64,000 bases of DNA. It comes from Plasmodiophora brassicae. Lineage: Eukaryota. The translations under genes and the position numbers were made by a program. Each line of letters begins with the position of its first letter. Position 1 is the stretch's first letter. Below, piece after piece: positions 1 to 12,600 of the stretch. The stretch covers positions 248,001 through 312,000 of the forward strand of contig CP145422.1 of the NCBI GenBank assembly GCA_036867785.1. Direction: 5' to 3'. The notes under the pieces are model-generated. The model ran no database searches and had not been told where the DNA came from. It saw only the letters and a program-made list of their open reading frames with translations.

Positions 1-2541
1 CTGTCCTGTCATATGCCTTTCAGCCACGGTCGGCAACGTCTCCGCGCTGCACCAGTGGCTGCAGAAGGTCCAGGATCGGAAATCTATGCCGCTTCAGTTT
101 GTGCAGTACTCTGAGCGCTGGAACGATCACCACTACCAGGTACGCGGTGACGTTCAACAGCACCTCGCTAGCTGACTAGGGCAATGTACAGGTCTACGTT
201 CCTGCCGACGCCCCCCGGACAGCCCCTGGGCAGTCCTTCAAACCGGACGACCCGCAATGGACTCTGGGTTCTTCCATTGGCGCTCGCAACGCGGTGTCAT
301 GTCCCGACCGCCTGGTGGATCTGCATCCGGTCGGGCTTTGGGCGACGCAGACCGCTCGAACGGTCATCGAACGGCACGGGTCGCTGTCTGGGCAAACCAA
401 GCTGTCGCCATCGGAGGCGCTGACGCTCTACGATACGCTCTACGAATTGACGCCGACGTCCGAGCGGAAGGCGTTCGCCCACGAGTTCTCTCCCGAGACG
501 TACTTCCGTGGCGAATTCTTCATCTCCCAAGGAAGCGCCCGTCGATGGGCTCAGCTGCTCGTCGACGTTGCGAATCGCCCACAGTATGCGACCAAGGTTG
601 CCGACAAGCTGCTGTCTCCTGTTGTATCCGGGCTGTCGGTCGTCGACCGCGTCATCCGCTCCGACTCGTTTGACTTCGCGGCGGCCAACTTCTTCGACGC
701 CATCCTCGAGCTGGACCGCACTGACAAGCTGCCCGTGATTGCCTTCTGCCTGGATCGGCAGCGGTGCTCGGATCTGGTCATCGCCACCATCCAGCGGTTG
801 ATCGAGCTGACGCCGGCGCCGAAGCAGCGGTTCACCGAGGCGGAACGCGCCAAAGCCAAGAAGGACCTGATCAAGATGAAAGAGAAGCTGGACAAGAAGA
901 AATCGAAGGAAGGCGATGAGCAACTGCAAGAGCAGATCGGGGCGCTAGAGTCGGCGCTGTTTACGGAGGCACCCGTCGACCGACGGTACGTCTTCGGCGG
1001 TGTCGTGCGATCATCGCAGGATGCAGAGTACTGGTTGAACCGTATCCGACGGCGACACGATTGGTCGTCGGACCCGACGAAGCAGCTGCTGATGAAGGTG
1101 ATGCGGGCGCGCTCACATTTCGTGTAAGCGCCTGCGTTCTCATTTGCGGACAGGGTCTGGAGCTTGGCATTGGCGTTCACCATGGCGGGATGGATAAGCG
1201 GTACCGTGACGCTGTCGAGGCCCTGTTCCGGATGGGCCACGTCCGCGTTTGCGTCGCCACGACGACCCTGTCGGTCGGTATCAACATGCCGTGTCGAACC
1301 GTTATGCTCGTCGGCGACAACCAGTTGAACCCGCTGATATTCCGTCAAGTGGGTATCTTCCGCACGCTCGCCTGTTATGCACCTGGGCTGAAACCGTCGC
1401 TGCAGATGATCGGGCGTGCCGGGCGTCGTGGATACGATTACGTCGGCAACGTCCTCTTCCTGGGCATATCGCCGAATCGCATCGCGTCACTGGCGTGCCA
1501 TCAGCTGACGGCCGTCTACAAGAACGTGTCTGTGAATTCGACTGTGACGGCATCGCTGGCCGGTCTGGTCGCATCTGCCCAGTATGAGAAGGACGTCCGC
1601 CTGGCTGCACAACGCACGGCCATCCTCCTCGACTGTCCACTGGGCGGCGCCGTTGACGTCGTCCAGCAGGTCTTCCTGAAGTCGCTCGCGTTTCTTGTGC
1701 GTCATCGCCTGCTTCGCCCCGACGACGGCAAGCTGCGCTGGACGCGCTGGTCCGCCCTGCAAGCCGCTCTCACGGCCGAACGCGAACCCGGCAACGTCGC
1801 GCTATGCGACCTCATCTGCTCAGGTGTCCTCAGTGGCATCGCTGACGCGGCCGGGTCCGCCGAGAAGGCGGCCACTGCCCTTCTTCCAGTCCTTGCGCAC
1901 CTGTTCCACCGTCGGAACCTGTCGGAATTCTGTGCACCAGGGTCCGCTCCCCGCCTCGGACGACTATGTACAACGTCAGCTAACAGGGTGCCTCGTACAG
2001 GATTAAGGAGATGACGCTCGATCGGCTGCCGGATGTCGTTTCGCTGGTCCTGAAGCAGCTAGAGGTTGACGCTATCGCCGGCGCCGTCCGGTTCTTCCAG
2101 CGCCTGCCCGGTAAGCCGGCCTGCCTGCCGTTCTCGCACATGACGTGGCCGGGCCCGGCGCCCGAGTCGGTACGATGCCCATTCAACGCGTTATCGGGTG
2201 CGGACCCGGGCGCGTTCGCGTCGGCGGGTGATTTCCATAGGAACATTGCGCCCGCCCTGATCGACTACATCAAGACCATTCCGCTGCTGAGCGATTTGGA
2301 CCGCCCGGCCAGCAACTACGCCGTCGCGTTCTTCAAGAACGATACAACGTACACGAACCTGCTGAAGGCGACCGGCATGTCCGACCAGACCATGTGGAAC
2401 AGCCTGCGGGAGTGGAACACGACGCTGCAGTGCATCGCCAGCGTTGTCAGCGTCCCCGGCGACAAATCCCTGCTTGCCCGAGGGCTGGCCGTCCTCAGCG
2501 CCCAGTTCAACGACCTGTTTACGAACATCGGCAGCCTCTAA
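1..2541 (+). CDS. DDX60-like / Ski2-like DExD/H-box RNA helicase, multi-exon, 5' end outside the window
   Basis: Motifs LSAT (base ~15), GIGVHHGGM, VATTTLSVGINMPCRTV and RQ/MIGRAGRRGYDYVGNV across ORFs 294-1127, 1061-2014 and 2011-2541, joined by short GT-AG introns. Exon boundaries are approximate. Confidence 0.85.
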
Positions 2542-2999
2542 GCGCGACGTGCGCGCGCGCTCCTCGCAATGGATTGTCTACAGTGCATTCAATATGCCAA
2601 CGTGGCGATTACGGTTCGATGACTGGCCGAGGATTCGAACCCAGGTGATCCGCGCCACACAACCTGGTGTCCTACGAACGAGGACGATAATCGCGGCGGG
2701 CGGGGCGCTCCGGTAGACGTGCCTGTGCGTGCGACGTTTGCTGGTCCCCGGCCGGTGGGGAACAGGCCGCTGTTCATCGGGCGTCTCTGCGGATTGCAGC
2801 ACACGCGACGCCGCGACAGTGGGAGCTGCAGGCGGCCAGTGGCGGGCTGCATTGCCCGTAGTGCGTCGCCGTCGGGGGGTGGGCCGGGCGTGACCGCATC
2901 CCGGACAGGTGCGCAGGTGCGCGCGTGCGACTGGGGCGCCGGCAGAGATCCGGCGCTATTCATGCTGGGCGCCCGCCGCCCGACCTACATCGCGCCCGC

Positions 3000-5900
3000 A
3001 TGGTGGTCGTCCTGAATGTCGCCGAGAAGCCGTCCGTCGCCAAGGAGGTGGCGCGGGTCCTGTCGCGCGGCACCGCCCAGCAGGTTTGTGCAATGCGCCC
3101 CACGACGACGGTCCCCACTGGCTCAATCGTGTCGTAGCGCACGGGGCCGTCGCCGTACAACCCCGTGTTCGAGTTCCAGTTCGACCTGCAGGGCCAGCGC
3201 GTGCTGATGGTGTTCACCTCGGTGCTCGGCCACGTCATGCGCATCGACTTCGTGCCGCCGTACGACCGTGGCTGGTCGACCTGCGACCCGGGCGACCTGT
3301 TCCAGGCGCCGATCGTGAAGTCGCTGCAGCCCACCATGGACAAGGTCAACCTGAACCTGGAGCAGCAGACCAGACGCGCCGACAAACTCGTCCTGTGGCT
3401 CGACTGCGATCGGGAAGGGTTCGCGCGCGCGCGTCTCTGCGTTCCCCCAGCGCCCCGCCGCCCGACACTGAACGTCGACCGTCGCAGGGAGAACATATCT
3501 TTCGAGGTGGTGCAGATCTGCCGGTCGACGCGCCCGCACCTGCCCGTACTTCGCGCGCGCTTCTCGTCCTTGATCCCAGCGTAGGTGGCGGACGCGCGTC
3601 GCCCTCTCGATGAGCGAACCGTAACCTGTGCCGGTACGGCTGCAGGGAGCTGGGGCGCGCCTGCCAGCAGCTGGGGCCCCTGAACCAGGCGCTGTCCCAG
3701 GCGGTTGACGTGCGCACGGAACTCGACCTTCGAATCGGTACGTTGGTCGTCGTCGTCATCGTCGTCGTCATTGTCACACCCGGTAACGCGCGCGCGCGTG
3801 TGTCCAGGGGCGGCGTTCACCCGGTTCCAGACGCTGTCGTTCGCGCATCGCTTCTCGGGCATGCCCAAGGTGCTGAGTTTCGGCCCGTGCCAGTTCCCGA
3901 CGCTCGGGTTCGTTGTCGCGCGGCACCTGCAGATCGAGGCGTTCGTCCCGCAGGACTACTGGACGATCGCGATGACGTGGGCGGAACCCGGCACGCGTAC
4001 GGGCAGCGCAGCGCGCGCCCGCTCCCTGGCTGATGGACTGACCGGGGGTCGTCGTCGTCGGGCGTAGGTAAGACGGCCCAGTTCCGGTGGGTTCGTGGCC
4101 CGCTCTACGATCACGCTGCGACGCTCGCCTTCTACCAGATCTGCGTCGATGCCGCCGTTGCCACCGTTCGCCACGTGCGGCGGTTCCCGACGACGCGCGC
4201 GTAGGCGTCGTTTCCCGGTGCGGGTCGCATCGCGCGTGGTTGCTGAGGTGGCCCCGTTGCAGGAAACCGTTGCCGCTGTCCACAGTCCCTCTGCAGCAGA
4301 ACGCTGCACGTCGCCTGCGAATCGGTCGGGCGGCGCGTGCCATGGCCGTGTGTGTGTGTGTGTGTGTGCCGGGTCTGATCGGTGTTGTGCCCGGGGCGCC
4401 AGGTTCGAACGCGACCATGGCGGCGGCCGAGGAGCTCTACCGCAGGGGTCTGATCTCGTACCCGCGTACGGAAACGGACTCGTTCCTGGAAGGCACCGAC
4501 CTGATGGGCATGATCCGGGCGCAGTGTGCGTCCCCGGTCTGGGGACCGTTCGCCCAGACGTACCGTCCCGCCCTCCCTCCTCGTTCTGTGCGGGCGGCCG
4601 CGTTCGCTGACCATCCCATCCGCACAGGCTGGCCGGCGGGCGGTTCGCGCCGCCCCGGCAAGGTGGGCATAACGACATGGCGCACCCGCCGATCCACCCG
4701 ACGCAGTACGTCCCGCTAGACAGCATCGGCGACGTCACCGAGCGCAGGATCTACGAGTACGTCGTGCGGCACTTCCTGGCGTGCTGCTCGTGGGACGCCC
4801 AGGGCGACACGACCCAGGTCGACGTCGAGCTGGGCGAGGAACAGTTCGAGTGCAAGGGCCTGCAGATCCGCGACCTCGCGTACATGCACGTCTACACGTA
4901 CGAAACGTGGACCGGGAACGTGATCCCGACGATGGCGGACGGGCAGCGCCTCGTCCCGACCCGCCTGGCGATCAACGAGTCGCGGACGGCCCCTCCTCAG
5001 CACCTGTCCGAGGCCGAGCTCATTGGCCTCGTACGTTGCATGTCTCTGCGTGTGTGTGGCGCTCCTGTACTGACCCTGCCGGACGCAGATGGACCGGAAT
5101 GGGATTGGGACGGACGCGACGATCGCCCAGCACATCGAGACGATTGAGGTCCTGCTGCGTCTGCCGATGATGACGACGGCCGCTCGCTGACGTTTGGGTG
5201 CAGAAACGCGAGTACGCGGTCAAACGGCCGGACAGCCGGTTCGCCCCGACCGACCTGGGCCTGGCGCTCGTCACGTCGTACGACTCGCTGGGCCTCCACG
5301 ACCTGAGCACGCCGCGCCTGCGCGCCATGATGGAGGGCGACCTGACGCGCATCGCCCAGGGCCAAGCGGCGCCGAGGGACGTCCTCGATCGCAACCTGGC
5401 CGAAATGAAACGGGTAACGAGTCGTCCCGGTCGGGGGGGAGCACACGCGAACTGATGCCGTCCAGGTGTTCGCCATGGTGACCTCGCAGAAGAACCGCAT
5501 CGCGTCCGCCCTGTCGCAGCGTCTGGCGCCCGCCGACGCCGCCGGCCAGGGGCGGCTCGTGGCCGGCGCGTTCTCGCGCTGCGGCCGATGCAACGGGGCG
5601 ATGATGCTGCGCGAAGGCGGCACCTTCCCCCGGTACGTGGCGTGCGGCGCCTGCAACGCAGCGTACCGCCTGCCCCAGTACGGCACGTGCAGCGCCGTCG
5701 ACGACCACCTGTGCCCGCTCTGCGCCTTCCAGCCCATTCGGATTGTTCGTGCGGAACACGCGCGCGCGCTCTCGCTGTCTGACCCGGTGCGTCCCGTTAG
5801 GAGAACGTCGAGCGCGGCACGACGTACACGCTCTGCCCGTTCTGCTCCAGCGAATCCGACATCGGGTCGTGCCTGCAGTGCCGCGAGTATCGCTGCCGGC

Positions 5901-6553
5901 TGGCTGGGGGCATGTCCCCGCCTGTCCATCGCTGCCCGACGTGCGGCACGCCCAGCATGGGCCTGCGTCGTGGCGGGCCGACGCAGCGCCTGTTCGCCCA
6001 GTGCGGCACGTGTCGCGCCACGCTCGACCTGCCGGGGCCGGAATGGGGCGCCGCCGACATCACCGTCGTCGTCGGCGACGACGGCCGCCTGTGCCCCGCC
6101 TGCCAGACGCACATCGTCCAGGTGCGGATGGATGGGCGCGCGCCCGCCCAGTTCCGCCACGAGACCGTGGTCGGGTGCCTGAAGTGCTCCCGGGACCTGC
6201 AACACGTCCTGGACGCGTACGCCGGGTCCATGGGGCGACCCGCCGGCGTGCGACCCGGTCGCGTGCGCCCACCCGTCGCGCTCAACGATCACCCGCGACG
6301 GCCGCCCGCCCCTGCCCAACGTCCCGGGCGTCCACCACCACAACAACAACGCCGAGCGGCAGCGCCTGCGCGTCATCGTGCTGGTGCCGGTGCCCCACAG
6401 CGGGACGCCGGCCCTGGCGCGTCCCAGGCGTACCGCCTGCACTACCCGGGATCCGATCGGGACGCCGCCGCCGGCCGTCAGGTCGATCCCCGGTGCCTGC
6501 TCTGCGGCCAGGTCGGGCACCCGCCCCGGCTCTGCCCGAACAAGGACCGGTAG
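3000..6553 (+). CDS. TOP3A: DNA topoisomerase III alpha, multi-exon
   Basis: MVVVLNVAEKPSVAK (TOPRIM), WLDCDREG/ENI, SFGPCQFPTLGFVV, GLISYPRTET (catalytic Tyr), AHPPIHPT, GIGTDATIAQHI, then C-terminal Cys zinc ribbons and a CCHC knuckle (CLLCGQVGHPPRLC). About 10 short introns. Confidence 0.93.
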
Positions 6554-6770
6554 CGGGGCGACGACGACGACGACGACGATGTACACATGTACTATGGTAT
6601 TTATTGTCCACTAGGGGTGGCGTCGTGTGGCACGCGACGGGACCGGTCGTTGTGTGGGGAGGCGCGCGCGGGGGCGGGGTTGTGGTCGCCCGACACGACG
6701 CCCCCGGGCCCCCTCCCCGGCCGTCCTCCTGGACCTGCATGGCGGCCGATCGGGCGGGCGCGTCGGGTAG

Positions 6771-7919
6771 CTAGAAGGGCGACGAGATGGTCGTGGTGGG
6801 GTCCGCCTGGTGGATCAGGATCGGCAGCATGGCGTGTGTTGACGATTGCAGGCCGTAGTGGCAGTGGATCGTGGCCGGCTTGCCGCCATGGCGCCGGGCG
6901 TGCCGCCCGATGAGCAGGGCGACGATCAGGCCGATACTGCCGACCGTGACGCCGACGATCACGCTGATGGCGACGTGGGTGACCATGTACGGCTGGGTCG
7001 GCTTCACGGTCGGGAACGCGGGCGCCACCGGGATCGCGTCGCGGCGGATCGCTGGCGACCCGATCCGGACGCCGACGGCGATGCCGGTGGCGACGGCGGC
7101 GACCGTCGCGCCAATCAGGGCGATCGGGCGATGGTGCCGCACGAAGACGCCGTCGCCGCCGAGACGCGCTTGTCGCTGTCGCCGTTCTTGTTGCTGGACG
7201 AGGTGCCAGGCGGCGCCCGCCAAGGAGCCCGTCGCCAGCACCGGCGCGACCTGGCTTCTGGTCGGCACCAGCGAGGCCATCCAGGACGGCAACGATGACG
7301 ACGATGATGTTCGTCCGGGACGTGATCCAGCTGTAGCCGCACCGGCATCACCGTCGTCGGCACCACCGGCACCAGCGGCCACCGACCTTGGCAAGGGTCT
7401 CCGCACGGGCAGGGTGGGCGTAATCGTCAGGGGCACGGGCCCGGATCTGTCGGCATCGCTGTACGCATTGTCGTCCTGCATCGGAGCCGGGGTGCCCGTC
7501 CTGAGCGTTGGCGTCGTGAGCGGCAGGTCGACACCGATGGATACGTCGGACAGCTGCGGCGTCAACCTCTTCCGTTGGCCGGGTTCGGGCGGCCGCAGCT
7601 CGACCGGCGACACGTCGTCATCCGCCGTCATCTTGGCGTCGTCGTCCGCGCGTAACCGCAGTACCGTAATACGGTCGACCGAGGCGGCGCGCCTGGGCGC
7701 CACGTGTGCCGCCAGGTAGGAGACGGCGGGCAGTTCCGGGACCGGCGTCTCGGCAACGGCGGGACGGCGGGCCGCCCGGTTGCCGCCCGCCCCCGTAGCG
7801 CTCTCGTTGCCCTCCATGTCGTCGGTGTGGCCGCCGACGCAGACGGCACTGATGCTGATGATGATGGCCAGCGACGCAGCCCAGGGCGGCATCGCGACGA
7901 GCAGCTCACGACGTGGCAT
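6771..7919 (-). CDS. Hypothetical membrane protein with signal peptide
   Basis: Single ORF with ATG at 7919, a hydrophobic N-terminus (AASLAIIISISAVCVG), a low-complexity middle and 2-3 C-terminal hydrophobic segments. Confidence 0.6.
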   Translation of the reverse strand: MPRRELLVAMPPWAASLAIIISISAVCVGGHTDDMEGNESATGAGGNRAARRPAVAETPVPELPAVSYLAAHVAPRRAASVDRITVLRLRADDDAKMTADDDVSPVELRPPEPGQRKRLTPQLSDVSIGVDLPLTTPTLRTGTPAPMQDDNAYSDADRSGPVPLTITPTLPVRRPLPRSVAAGAGGADDGDAGAATAGSRPGRTSSSSSLPSWMASLVPTRSQVAPVLATGSLAGAAWHLVQQQERRQRQARLGGDGVFVRHHRPIALIGATVAAVATGIAVGVRIGSPAIRRDAIPVAPAFPTVKPTQPYMVTHVAISVIVGVTVGSIGLIVALLIGRHARRHGGKPATIHCHYGLQSSTHAMLPILIHQADPTTTISSPF

Positions 7920-9160
7920 CTGCGGTCGCACTGACCGACGACGCGCTATTTCTGGTTGCTGGCGCGCGCGCCCCGCAGATACGCACACACGCTGGGAGGG
8001 CAGACCGGGGCGCCGGCCGAATGCCGACCCGCGCGCTCAATCTCGACAAATAGTGGCCCCACATCGTTGCCGACCGAGGCACTCGCCGCCTGCTTATTTT
8101 TAGCGAGGCGCGCGATCCCGCCCCGATCCGGCGGCCGAACGCTTCCGGTCCGACGGCTGTGCGCCTCCCGTGAAGGGCGCGCGCGCGCGCGCGTTCCCTC
8201 AACGCCGCCTTCGCGCCGCGGACGCCTCCTCCGCGACCAGTCATTTGTTCCCGCCCGGCGGGGCGCACGGCAATTACAGCCGGTTCCTGTTCGCGAGGTA
8301 CGACCTGGACGCGATGCCCTGGCGCTGGCCACATCGGCAGGGGGGCGACCGATCACCAGCAGGGCTGTCGGGGGGACCACCGGGTCGTACTTGCTGCGCT
8401 TGCTGGTTGGACGGTCCCTTCACAATCAGGCGGGGGCCGGGGGCGGCCGCACGCCCTGCTGTCCGGACGGAGGGGAGGAAGCGCGTTCAGCCCTGTCAGG
8501 TTCGCACCCCGGCACGTCGGTGACGCGATGGCGCATCCGCAATTGATGTCGACGCCGCAGGCCAAGCCGACCAGGACGTTGGCCTGGGCGGCGCCCCTGT
8601 CTATCGTGGTCAGCGGGCCCCAGCATCACACATCCAGCGAGCGTGCCCTGCACCCGGCGCCGCATTCATCAGTGCCTTACCTACGGTATAGTAGGAGGCA
8701 AATCCGGGGGGCGCGCTCTCTGCCCCAACGCGCAGTATGGCACTGGTACGCGTCGTCGCGGCCGCCCGGGGCGCCTAAATCGGACCCACTCACTGGTCAA
8801 ATGTGTACCACCGACGCACCGACGCACCGCACACCACTTGCGCGCCTGGCTGGCCAGGGGGATTCAGGGGCCACCGCGGCCGCCAGTCGCACTTCGCCGG
8901 CTCGCCGCTGCCGCTTGTCGCTCCGGCCCCCCTCCCTTCCCCGGAGATCGCCGGTGACCTGGTCCGACCCCAGCGGGCGACTGCCTCGCGCGTGACGTCA
9001 TGGATCGGTCCAGGGATTAGTAGCACCGGAAACCGTTGCAGCGTCCGGCTGCCTGGGCGCGCTGGCCTCCGGACGCGCTGCCCCATAATCGTTTCGCGTC
9101 GCTAAATCGGAAGGCTACCTACCAAACCGCCCAACGTCCAAACCGCTCTAACGAGAGACC

Positions 9161-9601
9161 ATGCCGTCGTACTACAGGGCCATGCTGATCGTTCTGTTCG
9201 CCGTCGCCATGCTGTTCGCTGATCTTGCCATCGCCGCGGACGAGGCGGGGGGCAAGGGCGGGCCGCCAGCCAAGGCCGGCGCAGGTGAAACGGGCGCCGA
9301 CGCGGGTGAAACGGGCGCCGACCCGCCCAGCAAAGGTGCCGGGGGATCGGACGCCCCACCGGCGGCCAAGTCGACGACGAAGAAGGCCGGCGCTGAGGAC
9401 GACAAGGGCGGCCTGTCTGGGCTCGTGATCGCTCTGATCGTCGTCGCGTGCGTCGTGCCGATCCTGGTCGGCATCTTCTGCTGCTGCGGCGGCCTGGCCC
9501 TGTGCTCCAGCCTCTGCTCGCGCAGCAGCGGCGGCAACAGCAACGGCAACACGATGGCCCACCATGGCAGGAGCAACCCGATCCCGGCGTCCTACGCCTA
9601 G
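9161..9601 (+). CDS. Small single-pass membrane protein with Cys-rich juxtamembrane tail
   Basis: 146 aa: signal peptide, G/A/P-rich ectodomain, TM segment LVIALIVVACVVPILVGIF, then CCCGGLALC. Confidence 0.7.
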   Translation: MPSYYRAMLIVLFAVAMLFADLAIAADEAGGKGGPPAKAGAGETGADAGETGADPPSKGAGGSDAPPAAKSTTKKAGAEDDKGGLSGLVIALIVVACVVPILVGIFCCCGGLALCSSLCSRSSGGNSNGNTMAHHGRSNPIPASYA

Positions 9602-9697
9602 AGAAATACAGACCGATCCGGCACAGGTCACGTAGGGTACTACTCTGCCCGTCTCTGTTGTTGCCATGTTCGGTGCTCGTTGGGGCGGGCGGCAACC

Positions 9698-12600
9698 CTA
9701 GTCCATGGCGCCGATCTGCGCGTCCGCCTCGGCGTCGTCGTCCTCCTCCTTGGTGGACTCGATCAGGCTGTACCCGTCGTCCTTCTTGCCGGCCAGGAGC
9801 GCCGCCGTCGTGGCTGCCGGCCCCGCCTTGGCGGCGGCGGGTTGCACGCCCAGCGTCTGCGTCAGTTTCGCTACAGAAACGCGAGTGGGGTGTGTCAGCG
9901 CATCCCAGGGCATGGCAGGCGCGCGAGACGCTGTGTGGGGTACCGAGGCGGTGCTGTAGGGCGGACAGGATCACCAGGCAGGAGTCGTTGGGGCCCACCG
10001 AGGCGTGGGCGACGACGGCGCCGGCGCCGTTCCGGCCGGTGTCACTGGGCCCGGCGGCGCCCTCGGCGGCGTCGATGGCCCGGATCAGCGACAGGAGGCC
10101 CTCCTGGACGAACGCCAGCTTCTGGTTCATCTGCTCGACCTCGTTGCGCCGCCGCACCATGGTCAGCGTCACCTCGCGGTACTTCTCCTGGAGCTGGTCG
10201 ACGTCCTTCCACTTGGAGTCGACGACGGCGCTCTTCTGCTCGTCCAGGTGGACCAGCGACACGGTCTTGGCCGTCTTCAGGCGGTCGATGACGGCCCTGT
10301 GCGCGGCGATCTCCTCCTTGAGCTCGCGGTCGATCTCCTCGTTGAAGTAGAACTTGTCGATGATGTCCTGCGGGTCGCTGAGCCCGGTCACCAGCTTGAT
10401 CTTGTGGAAGCGCTCCTCGTAGTACTCGAGCTGGCCGACCAGGTCCTGCAGCTGCCGGCGGTACTGCTGCCCCTCCTCGATGATCTTGTCGCATTCGGCC
10501 TTCATGCGCGCCACCCGCTCCCGCTTGCGCTCCTCGCTCCTGCTGTTCTTCTCGCGGATCTTCCGCTCCTGCTCGCGGCTGTTGCTGATCTTGTTGATCA
10601 GGATCTGGTGGTAGCTCTTCAACTGGAACGCGAAGAACTGCCGGAACCCGTCCATGTCCTGCTTGAACTTGACGATCTCGGCGTCGACGGCGTTCTTCTC
10701 GGCCAGGACGCGCTCGGACATGGCCGACACCTTGCCGAACAGGCGCTCGTGCTCGGCCAGCAGCCCGCGCAGCGACTCGATCTTCTTGGACAGCTCCAGG
10801 CGCTCGTCCTTCATCCGCAGGATGTTCAGCTCGTAGTTCTTCTTGTTCTCCTCGGCCTCGACCTGGCGCGTGTTCAGCGTCAGCAACTTCATGTTCAGCT
10901 CCTTGATGTGGGCCTCGCGTTTCGCCGCGTTGGCCAGGTCCTGTCGGCGCGCACACATAGTCACGATGCGTTCGTGTCCGGGCGGGCGCGCGCGCGCGCT
11001 CTGCACCACACACGCACCTCGGGCGCCGGCTTCATGAACTTGTAGACCGACTTGAGCTCGTTCAGCCGCGTCGTCTTGCGTCGGATCTCGTCGCGCAGCT
11101 TGTCCAGGCGCTCCCGGTTGCGGAAGATCTCCTCGACGTTCGTGTGCTCGGCGATGTACTGCGGCGTCTCCTTCTCCAGCGACGCCTTCACCAGGCGCAG
11201 CGCCGACGACGCCTTCTCGAAGAACAGGATCCGGGACACCAGCGGGTTGCCGTCGGCGCCCGCGTTCCGCCTGGCGTGCAGGTCGGGGACGCTGCGCCCG
11301 CGTCCCAGGCGCGACGCCGCCCCGTGCCCCGGGGCCGACGACGCCGCTCCGGTCGCCCCACCGCCACCGTTCGCATCGTCGGCGGAGGCGGCGGCGGGCG
11401 CGTCCGTCGCGCCGTGCACCGACGGCACGACGATGCCCTTGGAGGGCGACGGCGCGCCCGGGCCCTTCCTGGCGCGCCGCAGCACCAGGTTGCCGATGTC
11501 GTTATCGTCGTTGTCGTCGGCGGTGGCAGCGGCGGCGGCGGCGGCGGCGGCGGCCCCCGCACCCTTCGATTTGCCTTTGGGTGCGGGCGCCGCCGGCTTG
11601 TCGGGCGCGGTCGTCGCCGCCTTCAGGGCGGGCGTCGATGACGACGACGCCATTGTGGCGGCCGCCGCCGCCGTTGCCCGCCTGGTCGCCACGTGAGGCA
11701 GCACGAGCGGCGGCGGCGACGACGACGACGGGGATGGTTCGGCGTTGTCGTCGTCGGCGGCGGTGCCGGCGCTGGCTCGAACCCTGGCCAGCTCCATCTG
11801 TGCGGATCGGGGGGCGGCGGCCGTCAGACCGGCACACGACCGCGACGGCTGACGGGGACGGGGACGCACCTCTTCGGCGTCCATCTCGATCTTGTCGGCG
11901 ACCTGCGCGCTGATCGCATCGGCCGTCTTGATCGTGGCGAGGCGCTCGACGATGGCGACGGCGTCGTCGCGGTGCGCGACCTCGATGCGCTCCTCGTGCT
12001 TCTGGCGGATGCGGTCGCGGGCCGCCTCGACCTGCTGGATCTCCTTGGACTTCAGGCCGGACGGCGACCGGCGCAGCATCAGCTTCTTCAGGCGCAGCTC
12101 CTCGTCCTCGAGGATGCGCCAGAAGGCCACGTCCTGCGACACGGTCGGGTAGGGCGCCGAGCTCAGCGCCATCGTGTGGTGCTCGCCGCACGCCACCTGC
12201 CCGACGACGTTGCCGAGCAGGGCGTCGACGACGCGCGGGAACACCTCGTTGTCGACGCAGTTGTGCCCTGTGCCCCTGGCGGTCAGCGCCGTCCCAACAC
12301 CACCAGACTATGTGCCCCCAGGGGGCGCGTACCGAGCTGGCCGGACTCGCCGCACCCCCAGGCGTACAGGACGCCGTGCGCCGACAGGCACATGGTGTGG
12401 TACCGGCCGGCGGCCACGTCGCAGATGTGCTTCCCCTTCAGGACGAGGCGGGGCGCGCGCACGTTCGACGTCGACCCGTGCCCGATCTGCCCTTCGGTGC
12501 CGCTGCCGTAGCAGTACACGTCGCCTGCCAGGAGCAGCACCGTCGGTCAGGGACCCCAGGCTGCGGTGGTGGTGGGTGACGCGCGCGTTCCGCCCTACGC

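Noticed and set aside
3991-4067. Apparent GC-AG intron in TOP3A
   Set aside because: An in-phase GT donor exists 6 nt downstream, so a non-canonical site is not required.
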